A stretch of DNA of 61,261 nt, counting the filler, from Barthelona sp. PAP020 (Eukaryota): NCBI GenBank assembly GCA_040182905.1. It is 3 parts of 3 records of this genome, joined end to end, with 100 filler letters (N's around TTAATTAATTAA, not from the genome) between each part and the next. Parts side by side here need not be neighbours in the genome. Positions count along the whole stretch, not along the records: positions 20,559 to 40,922 come from JARQWU010000190.1; positions 41,023 to 61,261 come from JARQWU010000191.1; 1 more part is not named here. One strand, given 5' to 3'. A model generated the notes under the pieces. It worked only from the letters and a program-made list of their open reading frames with translations. It did no database searches and was not told the DNA's origin. Shown here piece after piece: positions 33,594 to 43,660 of the stretch; position 1 is the first letter of the stretch, and every line of letters starts with the position of its first letter. A program made the translations under genes and the position numbers.

Positions 33594-36500
33594 ATGAAAG
33601 TATTAGCTGGATTGGATGTTGGTTCAACTACTGTTAAATTAGTAATTTTTCATGGACCTGAATGTGTCTTTAAGAAATACTTAAAACACAATGCAGATGT
33701 TCGAAATGTTGTTGCTACATTGTTATTAGAAACAAAGTCTTTTTTTACAGAATCCTTCCACATTGTTGTTACAGGTTCTGGTGGTCTTGGTGTTTCCCAA
33801 GCCTTAAATATTCCATTTATTCAAGAAGTTATTGCTTGTGGTGCTGCTATTCATCGATTTGCTCCACAAACTGACGTTGCCATTGAATTAGGTGGTGAAG
33901 ATGCCAAAATATCTTATTTTGCCAATGAAGATGTTGAATATAGAATGAATCAAGTATGTGCTGGTGGTACCGGTTCATTTATTGATCACATGGCAGTTTT
34001 ATTACAAACTGATGCTGGTGGATTGAATGAATTAGCAAAAAATTATCATACTTTATATCCAATTGCTAGTAGATGTGGTGTGTTTGCTAAGTCTGATATT
34101 CAACCACTTTTAAATGAAGGTGCTAAACATGAAGATTTAGCAGCTTCTATTCTTCAAGCCGTTGTTGGACAAACTGTGGCTGGTTTAGCTATGGGACGTC
34201 CAATTCGTGGTCATGTTGCCTTTTTAGGTGGACCATTACACTTTTTATCTGAATTGCGTGTAAGATTTATTGAGACTCTTGGTTTAAAGGATGATGAAAT
34301 TATTGTTCCTGATGATGCTCATTTTTTTGTTGCTATGGGTGCTGCTTTGGCTATTGAAGAAGGATATATGCAAGCCAATGAATTGGGCCCTCTTTTAGAA
34401 GTTGATGATTTTTTCAAGTGTGTGCCTAGTTTAAGAAATGTTCAAACAAACGACAATCCAAGAATGGATGCTTTATTTGAAACACCAGAACAATATGAAA
34501 ATTTTGTTCAAAGACATGCTGAAGCTAAAGTTGAACGTGGTGATTTAAAGAATACATTAAATAATGAAGACCCCATTTTCCTTGGAATTGATGCTGGTTC
34601 TACCACATCTAAAATCGTATTTACTGATGTCAATGGTATGTTATTATGGGAGTTTTATGATTCAAACAAAGGAAATCCACTTAAGTCAGTCAAAGATGCT
34701 TTGCAATTGTTTTTTAATGAATGTGGAGATGTTAAACCTCATATTGTTAGTTCTTGTGTTACAGGATATGGAGAAAAGTTAATTAAATCGGCTTTACAAC
34801 TTGATTATGGTGAAATAGAAACTGTAGCACATTACATCGCTGCTGATCACTTCAGACCTGGTTGTGATTTTGTTTTAGATATCGGTGGTCAAGATATGAA
34901 ATGTATGCATGTCGATAATGGGGTTATTGATAATGTCATGTTAAATGAAGCATGTTCTGCTGGATGTGGTTCTTTTATTTCTACATTTGCTCATGCCTCA
35001 GATATGTCGGTAAAAGATTTTGCCAAAAGAGGACTTGAATCAAGAGCACCTGTCGATCTTGGTAGTAGATGTACTGTTTTTATGAACTCAAGAGTTAAGC
35101 AAGCTCAAAAGGAAGGTGCCACTTTGGAGGATATTTCTTGTGGTATTGCTATATCTGTTGTCAAGAATGCACTGTATAAAGTTATTAGAGTGCGTAACCC
35201 AGCAGATCTAGGAAAAAATATTGTTGTCCAGGGTGGTACATTTTTCAATGATAACGTTTTGAGAGCATTTGAAATGCTAACTGGCCGAGAAGTTATTAGA
35301 CCTGATATTGCTGGTTTAATGGGTGCCTTTGGATCAGCTTTGATTGCACGAGATAAGTTCTTGAATGCAAATCAATTGGATATCAACCGTTTCACTGAAG
35401 AGAATCTTAGTTTTACTGAGTCGAAAATGCTTCCATCCGAAGATATTGAGTCTTTAAGTTGGAACACAAGCACTGAAAGATGTAAAGGTTGTACAAACAA
35501 ATGTGTTTTAACTGTTAACTCTTTCAGTAACAACACCTCTTTTATATCGGGTAACAGATGTGAAAAAGGAGAGGAAATCACCTATAAAGCATTGGAAAAG
35601 CGTGGTATTAAATTGGAGCCAATTTCTGAACAATTTTCTCAAGAAGGCCTTCAATATGTTGATAACATAACTAAAAAAGAACTTCCTAACCTATATAAAT
35701 GGAAATATGAGCGTTTGTTCAAGCATTATAAACCTTTGCCTAAATCAAAAGCGAAAGGAATCATTGGTATTCCTAGGGTTTTGTCAATGTATGAAGACTA
35801 TCCATTTTGGTTTACTTTCTGGACTAACTTAGGTTATAGAGTTGTTCTTTCCAGTGATTCATCACATAAAATATATGAAATGGGTTTGGAGACTATTCCA
35901 TCTGATTCGGTCTGTTATCCTGCTAAGTTGGTCAATGGACATATTGCTGATTTGATTCATCGTAAGAAAGTACCAGTTATTTTCTTCCCTTGTGTGGTCT
36001 ATCATCGTGATAGAAACCCCAATCAGGACGATTGTTTCAATTGTCCCATTGTTGCCACCTATCCTGAGTCAATTGGTGCATCTGTTGATGATATTGAACT
36101 GAAAGGAATTAAGTTCTACAAGCCTTTTGTTCCACTGACAAATTTGCGAAAAATGTGCAGTCGTCTTCGTGAAGAAATTGACGAATTGTCTGAAATTCCT
36201 AAACGTGAAGTTCTACAGGCCTTAGAAGCTGCCTGGGAAGAACATCAACAATATGACATGGAACGTAAGGAACAAGGATTACTGGCACTCAAATTTTTGG
36301 AACAACATAAATTGCATGGTATTGTTATTGGAGGACGTCCATATCATGTTGATCCTGAGATCAATCATGGAATTGATGATATGCTCATTTCATATGGTTA
36401 TCCAGTTCTGTCTGAAGATTGTCTCTGTCATTTATCCTTTGATACATTGACAAAGGAGGAAATTCGCATTAGAAACCAATGGACGAATGCTGACAGAATT

Positions 36501-38171
36501 TTCCATGCTGCCAAATATGTCTCAGAACAGAACAATTTGGATATGATTCAGTTGGTGTCATTTGGTTGTGGTCTTGATGCTGTAACCACCGACCAAGTCA
36601 AGGAAATTCTTGAAAGAAACAATAAGATCTATACAGGTATAAAGATTGACGAAGTGTCCAATCTAGGACCTGTACGTATACGTTCCAGATCTTTATTTGC
36701 AGCAATTGCCCAGAGATATGCTCAAGGTGTGCTTGCACACAAAGTGATGGAACCAGTACCCGTTCGCTTATTCACCCAAGAAATGAAAGCAAATCGAATG
36801 ACTTTACTAGCTCCTCAAATGGCGCCTACTGTTTGGAAGTTGATAGCTCCTGCTTTTGAAAGAGAAGGGTACAATTTGGTTATATTGGAAGGTGGTGACA
36901 AGACACAAATAATTGAAGAAGGACTGAGTTCCATCCACAATGATGCTTGTTATCCCACCTTGGTTGTAGCAGGTCAACTTTTAGGTGCCATAAAATCAGG
37001 CAAATATGATGTCAATAATGTGGGAATTTTGATTTCAGAAACAGCAGGACAATGTCGTGCTTCAAACTATGCACCATTATTACGTAAAGCTTTGCATGAT
37101 AATGGTTTTGATCAAGTTCCAGTAATCACCGTTGGAGTTGAAGGTTTGGGTGCACATCCAGGTTTTACCATTTCTGTTATGTTCCTCTTGAGATTTTTGA
37201 TGTCGGTTATTCTTGGTGACCTTATTGATCGTTGTACTTACAGAGTTAGGCCATATGAAGTAAATAAAGGTGAAACAAATGAGGTTTATGACCATTATAT
37301 TATGAAATGTAAAGAGTTTTTATTGACATCCTGTCCCAGAGGTGGATTTAGAAGACTTGTACGTGAAATGGTACATAAATTTCAAATGATTCCTCGTACT
37401 CATGAGTTGAAGCCAAAAGTGGGTATTGTGGGTGAAATTTTAGTTAAATATCATCCTATTGCGAACAACAATGTTGTTGAATTCTTGGAATCTGAAGGTG
37501 TAGAGGTTGTTGTGCCTGATTTCTTGGATTTCTTTTATTACTGTCTCTATGATGATGTTAGCCGTAGAAAGTATCTTAATGGTACTTGGGCATCTAAAAT
37601 GTCTTCCAAAGCAGTCATTTCTTCGATTAATTGGTATAGACGTGTTCTTATTCAAGAATTAGATGGCAGTATCTTTGGTAAACCTCATTTTATTGAAGAA
37701 TCAATTGAATTAGCATCCAAAGTATGTCATGTTTGTAATATTGCTGGAGAAGGGTGGTTGTTAGTGTCTGAAATGATGGAGTTGATCGAATCTGGTTGTC
37801 CAAATATTTTACTATTACAGCCTTTTGGTTGTTTACCTAATCACGTCATTGGAAAGGCTATGATACTAAAGTTGAAGAAATTGTTCAACAAAGAGCCTAA
37901 TGTTAATGTGGATGAAGTTCTTCAACATTCAAATCAACAAAGGGTCAATATTACACCCATAGATTACGATCCTGGTGCATCTGAAGTGAATCAGATTTCC
38001 AGAATTAAATTGATGCTCACAGTAGCTTTTAAGAACATGAGAGAAAGCCATCTCACTGGTCCTTTCAGAGGTCATACACCTGCAATTGATCTTGAAGCAT
38101 TGAAGAACATTAGTTTGCTTAATGATGTTTTGCCTATTGCTTCAAAATCAATTGAAATTGAGGATTTTTAG
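33594..38171 (+). CDS. Fused 2-hydroxyacyl-CoA dehydratase activator (2x BcrAD_BadFG ATPase) + DUF2229 + dehydratase-like domains ('CoA-substrate-specific enzyme activase')
   Basis: First ATPase repeat GLDVGSTT, ELGGEDAK, MNQVCAGGTG, SRCGVFA. Second repeat GIDAGSTT, DIGGQDMK, NEACSAGCGS, SRCTVF. Then CKGCTNKC..GNRCE, GIPRVL..CYPAK..NCPIV, SFGCGLD, CYP..CRASNY and QPFGCLPNH. The likely start is MKVLAG (33594); an in-frame ATG also lies at 33546. Confidence 0.93.
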   Translation: MKVLAGLDVGSTTVKLVIFHGPECVFKKYLKHNADVRNVVATLLLETKSFFTESFHIVVTGSGGLGVSQALNIPFIQEVIACGAAIHRFAPQTDVAIELGGEDAKISYFANEDVEYRMNQVCAGGTGSFIDHMAVLLQTDAGGLNELAKNYHTLYPIASRCGVFAKSDIQPLLNEGAKHEDLAASILQAVVGQTVAGLAMGRPIRGHVAFLGGPLHFLSELRVRFIETLGLKDDEIIVPDDAHFFVAMGAALAIEEGYMQANELGPLLEVDDFFKCVPSLRNVQTNDNPRMDALFETPEQYENFVQRHAEAKVERGDLKNTLNNEDPIFLGIDAGSTTSKIVFTDVNGMLLWEFYDSNKGNPLKSVKDALQLFFNECGDVKPHIVSSCVTGYGEKLIKSALQLDYGEIETVAHYIAADHFRPGCDFVLDIGGQDMKCMHVDNGVIDNVMLNEACSAGCGSFISTFAHASDMSVKDFAKRGLESRAPVDLGSRCTVFMNSRVKQAQKEGATLEDISCGIAISVVKNALYKVIRVRNPADLGKNIVVQGGTFFNDNVLRAFEMLTGREVIRPDIAGLMGAFGSALIARDKFLNANQLDINRFTEENLSFTESKMLPSEDIESLSWNTSTERCKGCTNKCVLTVNSFSNNTSFISGNRCEKGEEITYKALEKRGIKLEPISEQFSQEGLQYVDNITKKELPNLYKWKYERLFKHYKPLPKSKAKGIIGIPRVLSMYEDYPFWFTFWTNLGYRVVLSSDSSHKIYEMGLETIPSDSVCYPAKLVNGHIADLIHRKKVPVIFFPCVVYHRDRNPNQDDCFNCPIVATYPESIGASVDDIELKGIKFYKPFVPLTNLRKMCSRLREEIDELSEIPKREVLQALEAAWEEHQQYDMERKEQGLLALKFLEQHKLHGIVIGGRPYHVDPEINHGIDDMLISYGYPVLSEDCLCHLSFDTLTKEEIRIRNQWTNADRIFHAAKYVSEQNNLDMIQLVSFGCGLDAVTTDQVKEILERNNKIYTGIKIDEVSNLGPVRIRSRSLFAAIAQRYAQGVLAHKVMEPVPVRLFTQEMKANRMTLLAPQMAPTVWKLIAPAFEREGYNLVILEGGDKTQIIEEGLSSIHNDACYPTLVVAGQLLGAIKSGKYDVNNVGILISETAGQCRASNYAPLLRKALHDNGFDQVPVITVGVEGLGAHPGFTISVMFLLRFLMSVILGDLIDRCTYRVRPYEVNKGETNEVYDHYIMKCKEFLLTSCPRGGFRRLVREMVHKFQMIPRTHELKPKVGIVGEILVKYHPIANNNVVEFLESEGVEVVVPDFLDFFYYCLYDDVSRRKYLNGTWASKMSSKAVISSINWYRRVLIQELDGSIFGKPHFIEESIELASKVCHVCNIAGEGWLLVSEMMELIESGCPNILLLQPFGCLPNHVIGKAMILKLKKLFNKEPNVNVDEVLQHSNQQRVNITPIDYDPGASEVNQISRIKLMLTVAFKNMRESHLTGPFRGHTPAIDLEALKNISLLNDVLPIASKSIEIEDF

Positions 38172-38461
38172 GGCTAGTCCTTTTCAACATTTTTTGAGCA
38201 GTTGTGTTTAATCATTCTTGATTATTCATTTAGGATAATTCAGTTGTTAATATATCAATTATCAATAAATTTAACAGTAGTATTTATTTTTTATGTATTT
38301 GTGGCAATCTTTTTGTTCATATTCTAATTATTTCATAAACTTAATATCATTTTTGAGAAAGCAACAAATTTTTTATGGATACATGGAAAGATGGAAAGAT
38401 TAAAAAAAAAAAATACTTTCCCTTTTTCTTTTGACTTTTTTGATATTTACAATTTTATCGC

Positions 38462-39958
38462 ATGGAAACTGCATTTATTGATTGGTTAAAGGCTATTGAA
38501 GTATTGGATAATGATTTTGAACAGAATTTCAATTCTTTAAGTAGAACAATCATACCAAACAATGTTTTAATCAAGATAGCACCCGATTATTTTAAAACCA
38601 ACAGATCAATTGAATTTGATAATAATAGCAAATTGAAATCGTATTGGACCAACATATTGAAAGATGTACAAAAATATTATATAGATATTTTAGGTGTAAA
38701 TCAACCCAAATTTGGCTTAAAAACTAATGATTTTTATTCCAATGATGAAGAACTTGTGACTAAAAGTCTTTTAAGGTATTTTAAATTGGCATTACTAATT
38801 GCAATCAAATGTGAAAATTCTGAAACGATGGTTCAAGCTATTTTGAGACTAAATAATGATTCCCAACAATATTTAATGGCTGCTGTACAAGATATGATGA
38901 GTGAGTTTCCTATCGGATTGGAGACAAGACAACCAAATGAAGATGAAGTTAATGGTGATCAAATGGAAGAAAGAGAACGTTCTGTGTCGTTTGATGTGAA
39001 TATAGATGATTATAAGGTGGAGATTACATCATTGAAGAAACAATTGCGGAAAGTAGACGAGATTCTTGCTACGAAGGATGTGGTTATTGCTGATTTGGAA
39101 AAGGAAGTGTTTGAATTGAAAAAAGAAAAGGAAACGTTTCAAGAACAAATTGTTGGATTAACTATTGATGGAAAAACAAAAGAAGAAGAATTAAATAAGC
39201 TAAAGATTCAATGTGATAAGCAAATAATGGAAATTGAGAAGTTAACCAGTGAAACGGCATTGTTACAGATTGATTTAAAAGGTTTAAATGTTGATAGTGA
39301 AGAGTTAAAGACATTAAGAAAACAGGTAAGTGACCTTTCGAAAGAAAAAGAGACTTTGACATCCAAAATAGAAACACTTGAAGAAGCTAATAACAATAAT
39401 GGTGATAGAAATGATACAGCAATGGATATGGACATGGATATGGACATGGACATGGGAATGAACATGGGAATGAATATGGAAATGAATTCGATGTTGGAAG
39501 TCTCTGAACTTAAGACGAAAAATGAGCAACTTGAAAAAGAAGTGAGAAAATTGCAGGTTCTTTTATCTGCAACCAATTCAACAGATATTGATGAGTTTGA
39601 GAAGTTGAAAAATGAAAATGAAGCATTAAAGATAAGTTTAAATGACATTCAAAAACAATTTATTGATCTTCAAACGGAGTTGGCAACTGTCAAGCAACAA
39701 TCAAATAAAGTAGTTGACACAGAAGTTGTTGATAATGTTTCGTCCGAGGACAATGTAAATTTTGAAGAGTTGAATGATGAATTAACTTCTCTACATCATG
39801 AAAGGGAACTTTTGGTTGGCGCATTTAGGGAATTAGCCAAAGTTCAAGCAACACTTGAACTTCCTGCCAACTTGCTTAAGATGGCTCATCATCCAATGCC
39901 AAAGCCAGAATGTTGGTTGACAAAAAGGAACGATAAAAAATGGTGGGATAATCTTTGA
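38462..39958 (+). CDS. Hook-family dynein adaptor
   Basis: N-terminal Hook/CH-like domain (FIDWL...VLIKIAPDYF...QKYYIDILG...LALLIAIKCEN...AILRLNNDSQQYLMAAVQ), coiled coil, and C-terminal ERELLVGAF..CWL. Confidence 0.82.
   Translation: METAFIDWLKAIEVLDNDFEQNFNSLSRTIIPNNVLIKIAPDYFKTNRSIEFDNNSKLKSYWTNILKDVQKYYIDILGVNQPKFGLKTNDFYSNDEELVTKSLLRYFKLALLIAIKCENSETMVQAILRLNNDSQQYLMAAVQDMMSEFPIGLETRQPNEDEVNGDQMEERERSVSFDVNIDDYKVEITSLKKQLRKVDEILATKDVVIADLEKEVFELKKEKETFQEQIVGLTIDGKTKEEELNKLKIQCDKQIMEIEKLTSETALLQIDLKGLNVDSEELKTLRKQVSDLSKEKETLTSKIETLEEANNNNGDRNDTAMDMDMDMDMDMGMNMGMNMEMNSMLEVSELKTKNEQLEKEVRKLQVLLSATNSTDIDEFEKLKNENEALKISLNDIQKQFIDLQTELATVKQQSNKVVDTEVVDNVSSEDNVNFEELNDELTSLHHERELLVGAFRELAKVQATLELPANLLKMAHHPMPKPECWLTKRNDKKWWDNL
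39422..39487 (+). repeat. In-frame hexanucleotide repeat (ATG-RRN)x11 encoding MDMDMDMDMDMGMNMGMNMEMN
   Basis: ATGGATATGGACATGGATATGGACATGGACATGGGAATGAAC..., read directly. Confidence 0.9.
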
Positions 39959-40524
39959 GCTGCTATTAAAATCTAAAGGAGGGTTTCTAGTGTTCGTTAT
40001 AAAACGCATACATTTCACTTGAAGGACAATATAAACGTGTTTTGTCATTTTCTTTTTTAACCTTTGAAGATGGCTTAAATTCTGGGGATTTGCTGTCAGA
40101 AAGTAGAAGGATTTCACTCCAAAAGCAATACAAAGTGTTTATGGTTTTTCTTGCACTTTTATATTATTGGGTATCAAAATTGAAAATCTCAAGCAAACGA
40201 GCAAAATCGTAAGAATTCTAAGACTAGAAAAACAAGCGCTACTTCGCCAAAGAATATCAGAGTTTTACAAAAAGAAACTTAAGTGGAGACATTTGAAAGG
40301 AATCAAAGGGCTAAAGGAAACTATTACACTTTTCTGCACATACACGCCCTATCTAAACCGGAAACACAACAACATAATCCAAGAATAGATGTTATTTATG
40401 TCCATATTCTTCTTTTAGTATTGAGTCAAAAATAAAGAAATGAAAAAGGATGAAAGAAAAATTCCATTCAATTTCTTTTTTTTTTTTTTCATTTTGGCTA
40501 ATTATTTTGAAACTCTTCTCTCTT

Positions 40525-40624
40525 GCCAATGTGGTGTAGTTAGTAGCATTCTCACCGATTTTAATGATGCAGTTGTTGACTTAAAGATATTTGAGAGGTC
40601 TTCGTGCAATTCGAAGTGTTGGCT
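40525..40624 (+). ncRNA. tRNA-like RNA or tRNA pseudogene with a 35-nt anticodon loop
   Basis: Acceptor GCCAATG/TGTTGGC; D arm GTGT-AGTTAGTA-GCAT; anticodon stem CTCAC/TTGAG; variable AGGT; T arm CTTCG-TGCAATT-CGAAG; T5 run at 40628-40632. Confidence 0.55.
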
Positions 40625-40922
40625 TTCTTTTTATGATTTCAAAGAATTCACCCCTTCAATTCACTTGACGAAAGATTAAACATAAAACAACAGCCTTTGC
40701 TTCACACGACAATAATAATAAATGTTTATAAAGATCTTTATTGTTCTCGGTTAGAGTTTGGGGGTACTTGCAACTGAATCGTTTTGCGTGGATGGTTCAG
40801 AAGTATTCGTAGCAAAGCGGACGGATTTCACGTTAGGTACAAGAAAAGGTATACGAAAGCTTTTATATACGGTGTGTTATTGAAATGAGTAGTTGGGAAA
40901 GCCTTGAATTTGAATCCTGGCT

Positions 40923-41022
40923 NNNNNNNNNNNNNNNNNNNNNNNNNNNNNNNNNNNNNNNNNNNNTTAATTAATTAANNNNNNNNNNNNNNNNNNNNNN
41001 NNNNNNNNNNNNNNNNNNNNNN
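40923..41022. other. Artificial contig spacer (N44-TTAATTAATTAA-N44)
   Basis: Same 100-nt linker as 20459-20558. Confidence 0.97.
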
Positions 41023-43660
41023 TCAAATGAAACATCATATCAACAACCTAGACTTCAATATTATGATTATGCCAACTGGTATAATAATTTGGAGATGAAA
41101 GATGAGGTTCAATGGTGGTATGATCGTCTAATTGAATTAAAAGGTCAAGTCATTGAATTACCAGTTAAAAGATGGGTAGATAGATCAAAAATAGAGAAAA
41201 TGACAGGAAAGCAACATGTTGTTCGAATTGATTCAGAATTTTCGAAACAAATTGATGAATTTAATCAAATTCATGGATATTCTTCATTTATGACCTTTTT
41301 AGCAGTTCTTGAAGTTGTTTTATACTGGTACAGTGATGAAACTAATTTCATTGTTGGTACAGCATCATTAAATCGTCCTGAATCAGAATTTCATTCCATT
41401 ATTGGTGCATTTTTGAATACCTTACCCATTGTGGCAAACTTAGATAAATCTACTAATGTTTTCCAACTTATTGATGGGGTAAAACAAAGTGTTTTAGAAT
41501 CTTTAAACCATGAAATTGTACCTTTAGAACAAATCATTGATGCTTTGCAAGTTGAACGTACTACAAATTTGAATCCTTTATTCCAGGTTTTGTTTGAGTA
41601 TCTTGACTTTGGTTCTGAAAAGTATCAATTGGATAAAGCAACTTTTGAGCAAATTGATATCCCTACATCAACTGCAAAGCTGGATTTGAGTTTGATTGCT
41701 TTCAAAGAAGAATCAAACAACAATTATGCATTTGAATTTGAATATTGCACAGAATTATTTGATCAAGAAATCATTGAAACTGTTGCTGACAAGTATCTTA
41801 TTGTATTGAAGGAAATGATCAACAAGCCGAATGATTTATGGCAATCTCTTGAACATTTATCACAAAAGGAAAAAGATTTTGTCAGAGATTCTTTAGTGCA
41901 ACCCGATGATGAAACGTATTATGACGCAACTATAGCTGATTTGTTCTTTGAGGCTGTTGAAAAATATCCAAATTTATCAACAATGAAGTTTGGTGATCAA
42001 GTCCAAACATTTACAGAACTTAGAGACACTGTTGAAACTTTTGCTGGTGGTATTTTGACCAGAGCTAAAAAGCATGAACATATTGGTTTGTTCCTTCCAA
42101 GATGTTTCTTATTACCCACAATTGTTTTGGGTTGTGCTGCTGCTGGAGTTGTTATTGTTCCTGTGGACACAGGTATGCCTATTTCTATGATGAAACTTAT
42201 CATGCAAGAAGCAGGATGTAATAAAATCTTAACTGTTGAAGATGAAAGAAATTACATCAGTGAAGTTGGTTTGGAATTGATTATTGCTGAAGAAATGATG
42301 GATATCAAATCTGATTTCCATTATAAAATTGGAGACATATCACCTGAAGATGTTATATACTTGGCTTTTACTTCAGGATCTACTGGTGTTCCAAAAGGAA
42401 TTGTTACAAAGAATAAAGCTATTGCTTGGAGAATCATTTGTCAACCAGAGCTAACAGACATGAAAATAACAACTGATACTGTGTTTTCACATAAAACTGT
42501 GTTGTCTTTCGACCCTTGTTGGTGGGAAATCTACATTCCCTTGACAACTGAAGCAATGTTATATGTTTGTCATCCTGAAGCTCATCGAGATGCAGCAATT
42601 CTTAAACGTGAAATTGAAGAAGAAAAAATTACTGTTTTGTACTTTGTTCCTTCAATTGGTATGAGTTTCCATCGTAACATTCCCGATGATTCAGTTTTCC
42701 CCAATGTTGAAGTAATTATTACTTCTGGTGAGAAGTATAGTAACACTGTTCATTTGACACATTTAAGAAGATTTCCAAACACACGAATTTATAACTTTTA
42801 TGGACCAACAGAAGGTGCAGTTGAAGCATTTTGTTGTCGTATTTATAATGAAGAAAGAGATCCATTCTTTGTAGGTATTCCAATCCCCATGTACAAATTT
42901 TCTTTGATGAGAGATCGTAAATATTTTGCACCTCCAAATGCTAAGGCTGAATGTGTAATTCATGATGGTATTTATTTGAGTCCTGGATATTATGGTCGTC
43001 AAGATTTAACTGATATGGTGTTCAAAAATGTTGAAGGTATTGGACGGGTGTATTTTACTGGAGATGATGTTATTTTGCATAGCAGTGGTAAGTTATTATT
43101 TGGTAATCGTAAGGATTATCAAGTTAAGATTCATGGTAATAGAATTGAATTAACTCAATTGGAATCAGCCATGCAATCCATTTCATTTGTTAAACATGCT
43201 GCTATTCGTGTATTTAAGGATGAAAATGAAGAAAAATATCTCGTTGGATATTTCAGTGTTATGGACGGGTCTAAAGATATGCGTAAACAAGCTTTTGATG
43301 AATTAATAGAAAAGGTTACCAGATCTTGGGTTCCTTCACAGCTCATTCAAATGGATGAATTACCTTTAACAGCTTCTGGAAAGCTAAACAGAAAGTTACT
43401 TGCAAAACCTGAAAAGAGAGAACTATTGGATTATGTTGCACCTGAAAATTATGTTGAAACAGTGTTATGTCAATTGTTTGCTGAAGTGTTGTATTTAAAA
43501 CCAACAGAAGTTGGTCGTACAACTGATTTTTTCCAAATGGGTGGACATTCATTGTTGGCAACAAAATTGGTTTCCAGGGTTAGAAACCAATTTAAAGTGA
43601 ACGTTATAATTAGAGATATTTTTAATTCTCCCACACCCATGTTATTAGCAAAACATTTAC
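41023..43660 (+). other. NRPS module 1: partial C (LCL-like) - A1 - T1
   Basis: QYYDYANW, IIGAFLNTLP, NPLFQVLF; YLAFTSGSTGVPKG, FDPCWWE, NFYGPTE, PLTASGKLNR; FFQMGGHSL (Ser at 43549). Boundaries approximate. Confidence 0.9.

Noticed and set aside
40740..40922. Slightly GC-richer stretch with a small hairpin and a B-box-like end at the contig edge
   Set aside because: No recognisable RNA family or ORF; truncated by the spacer.
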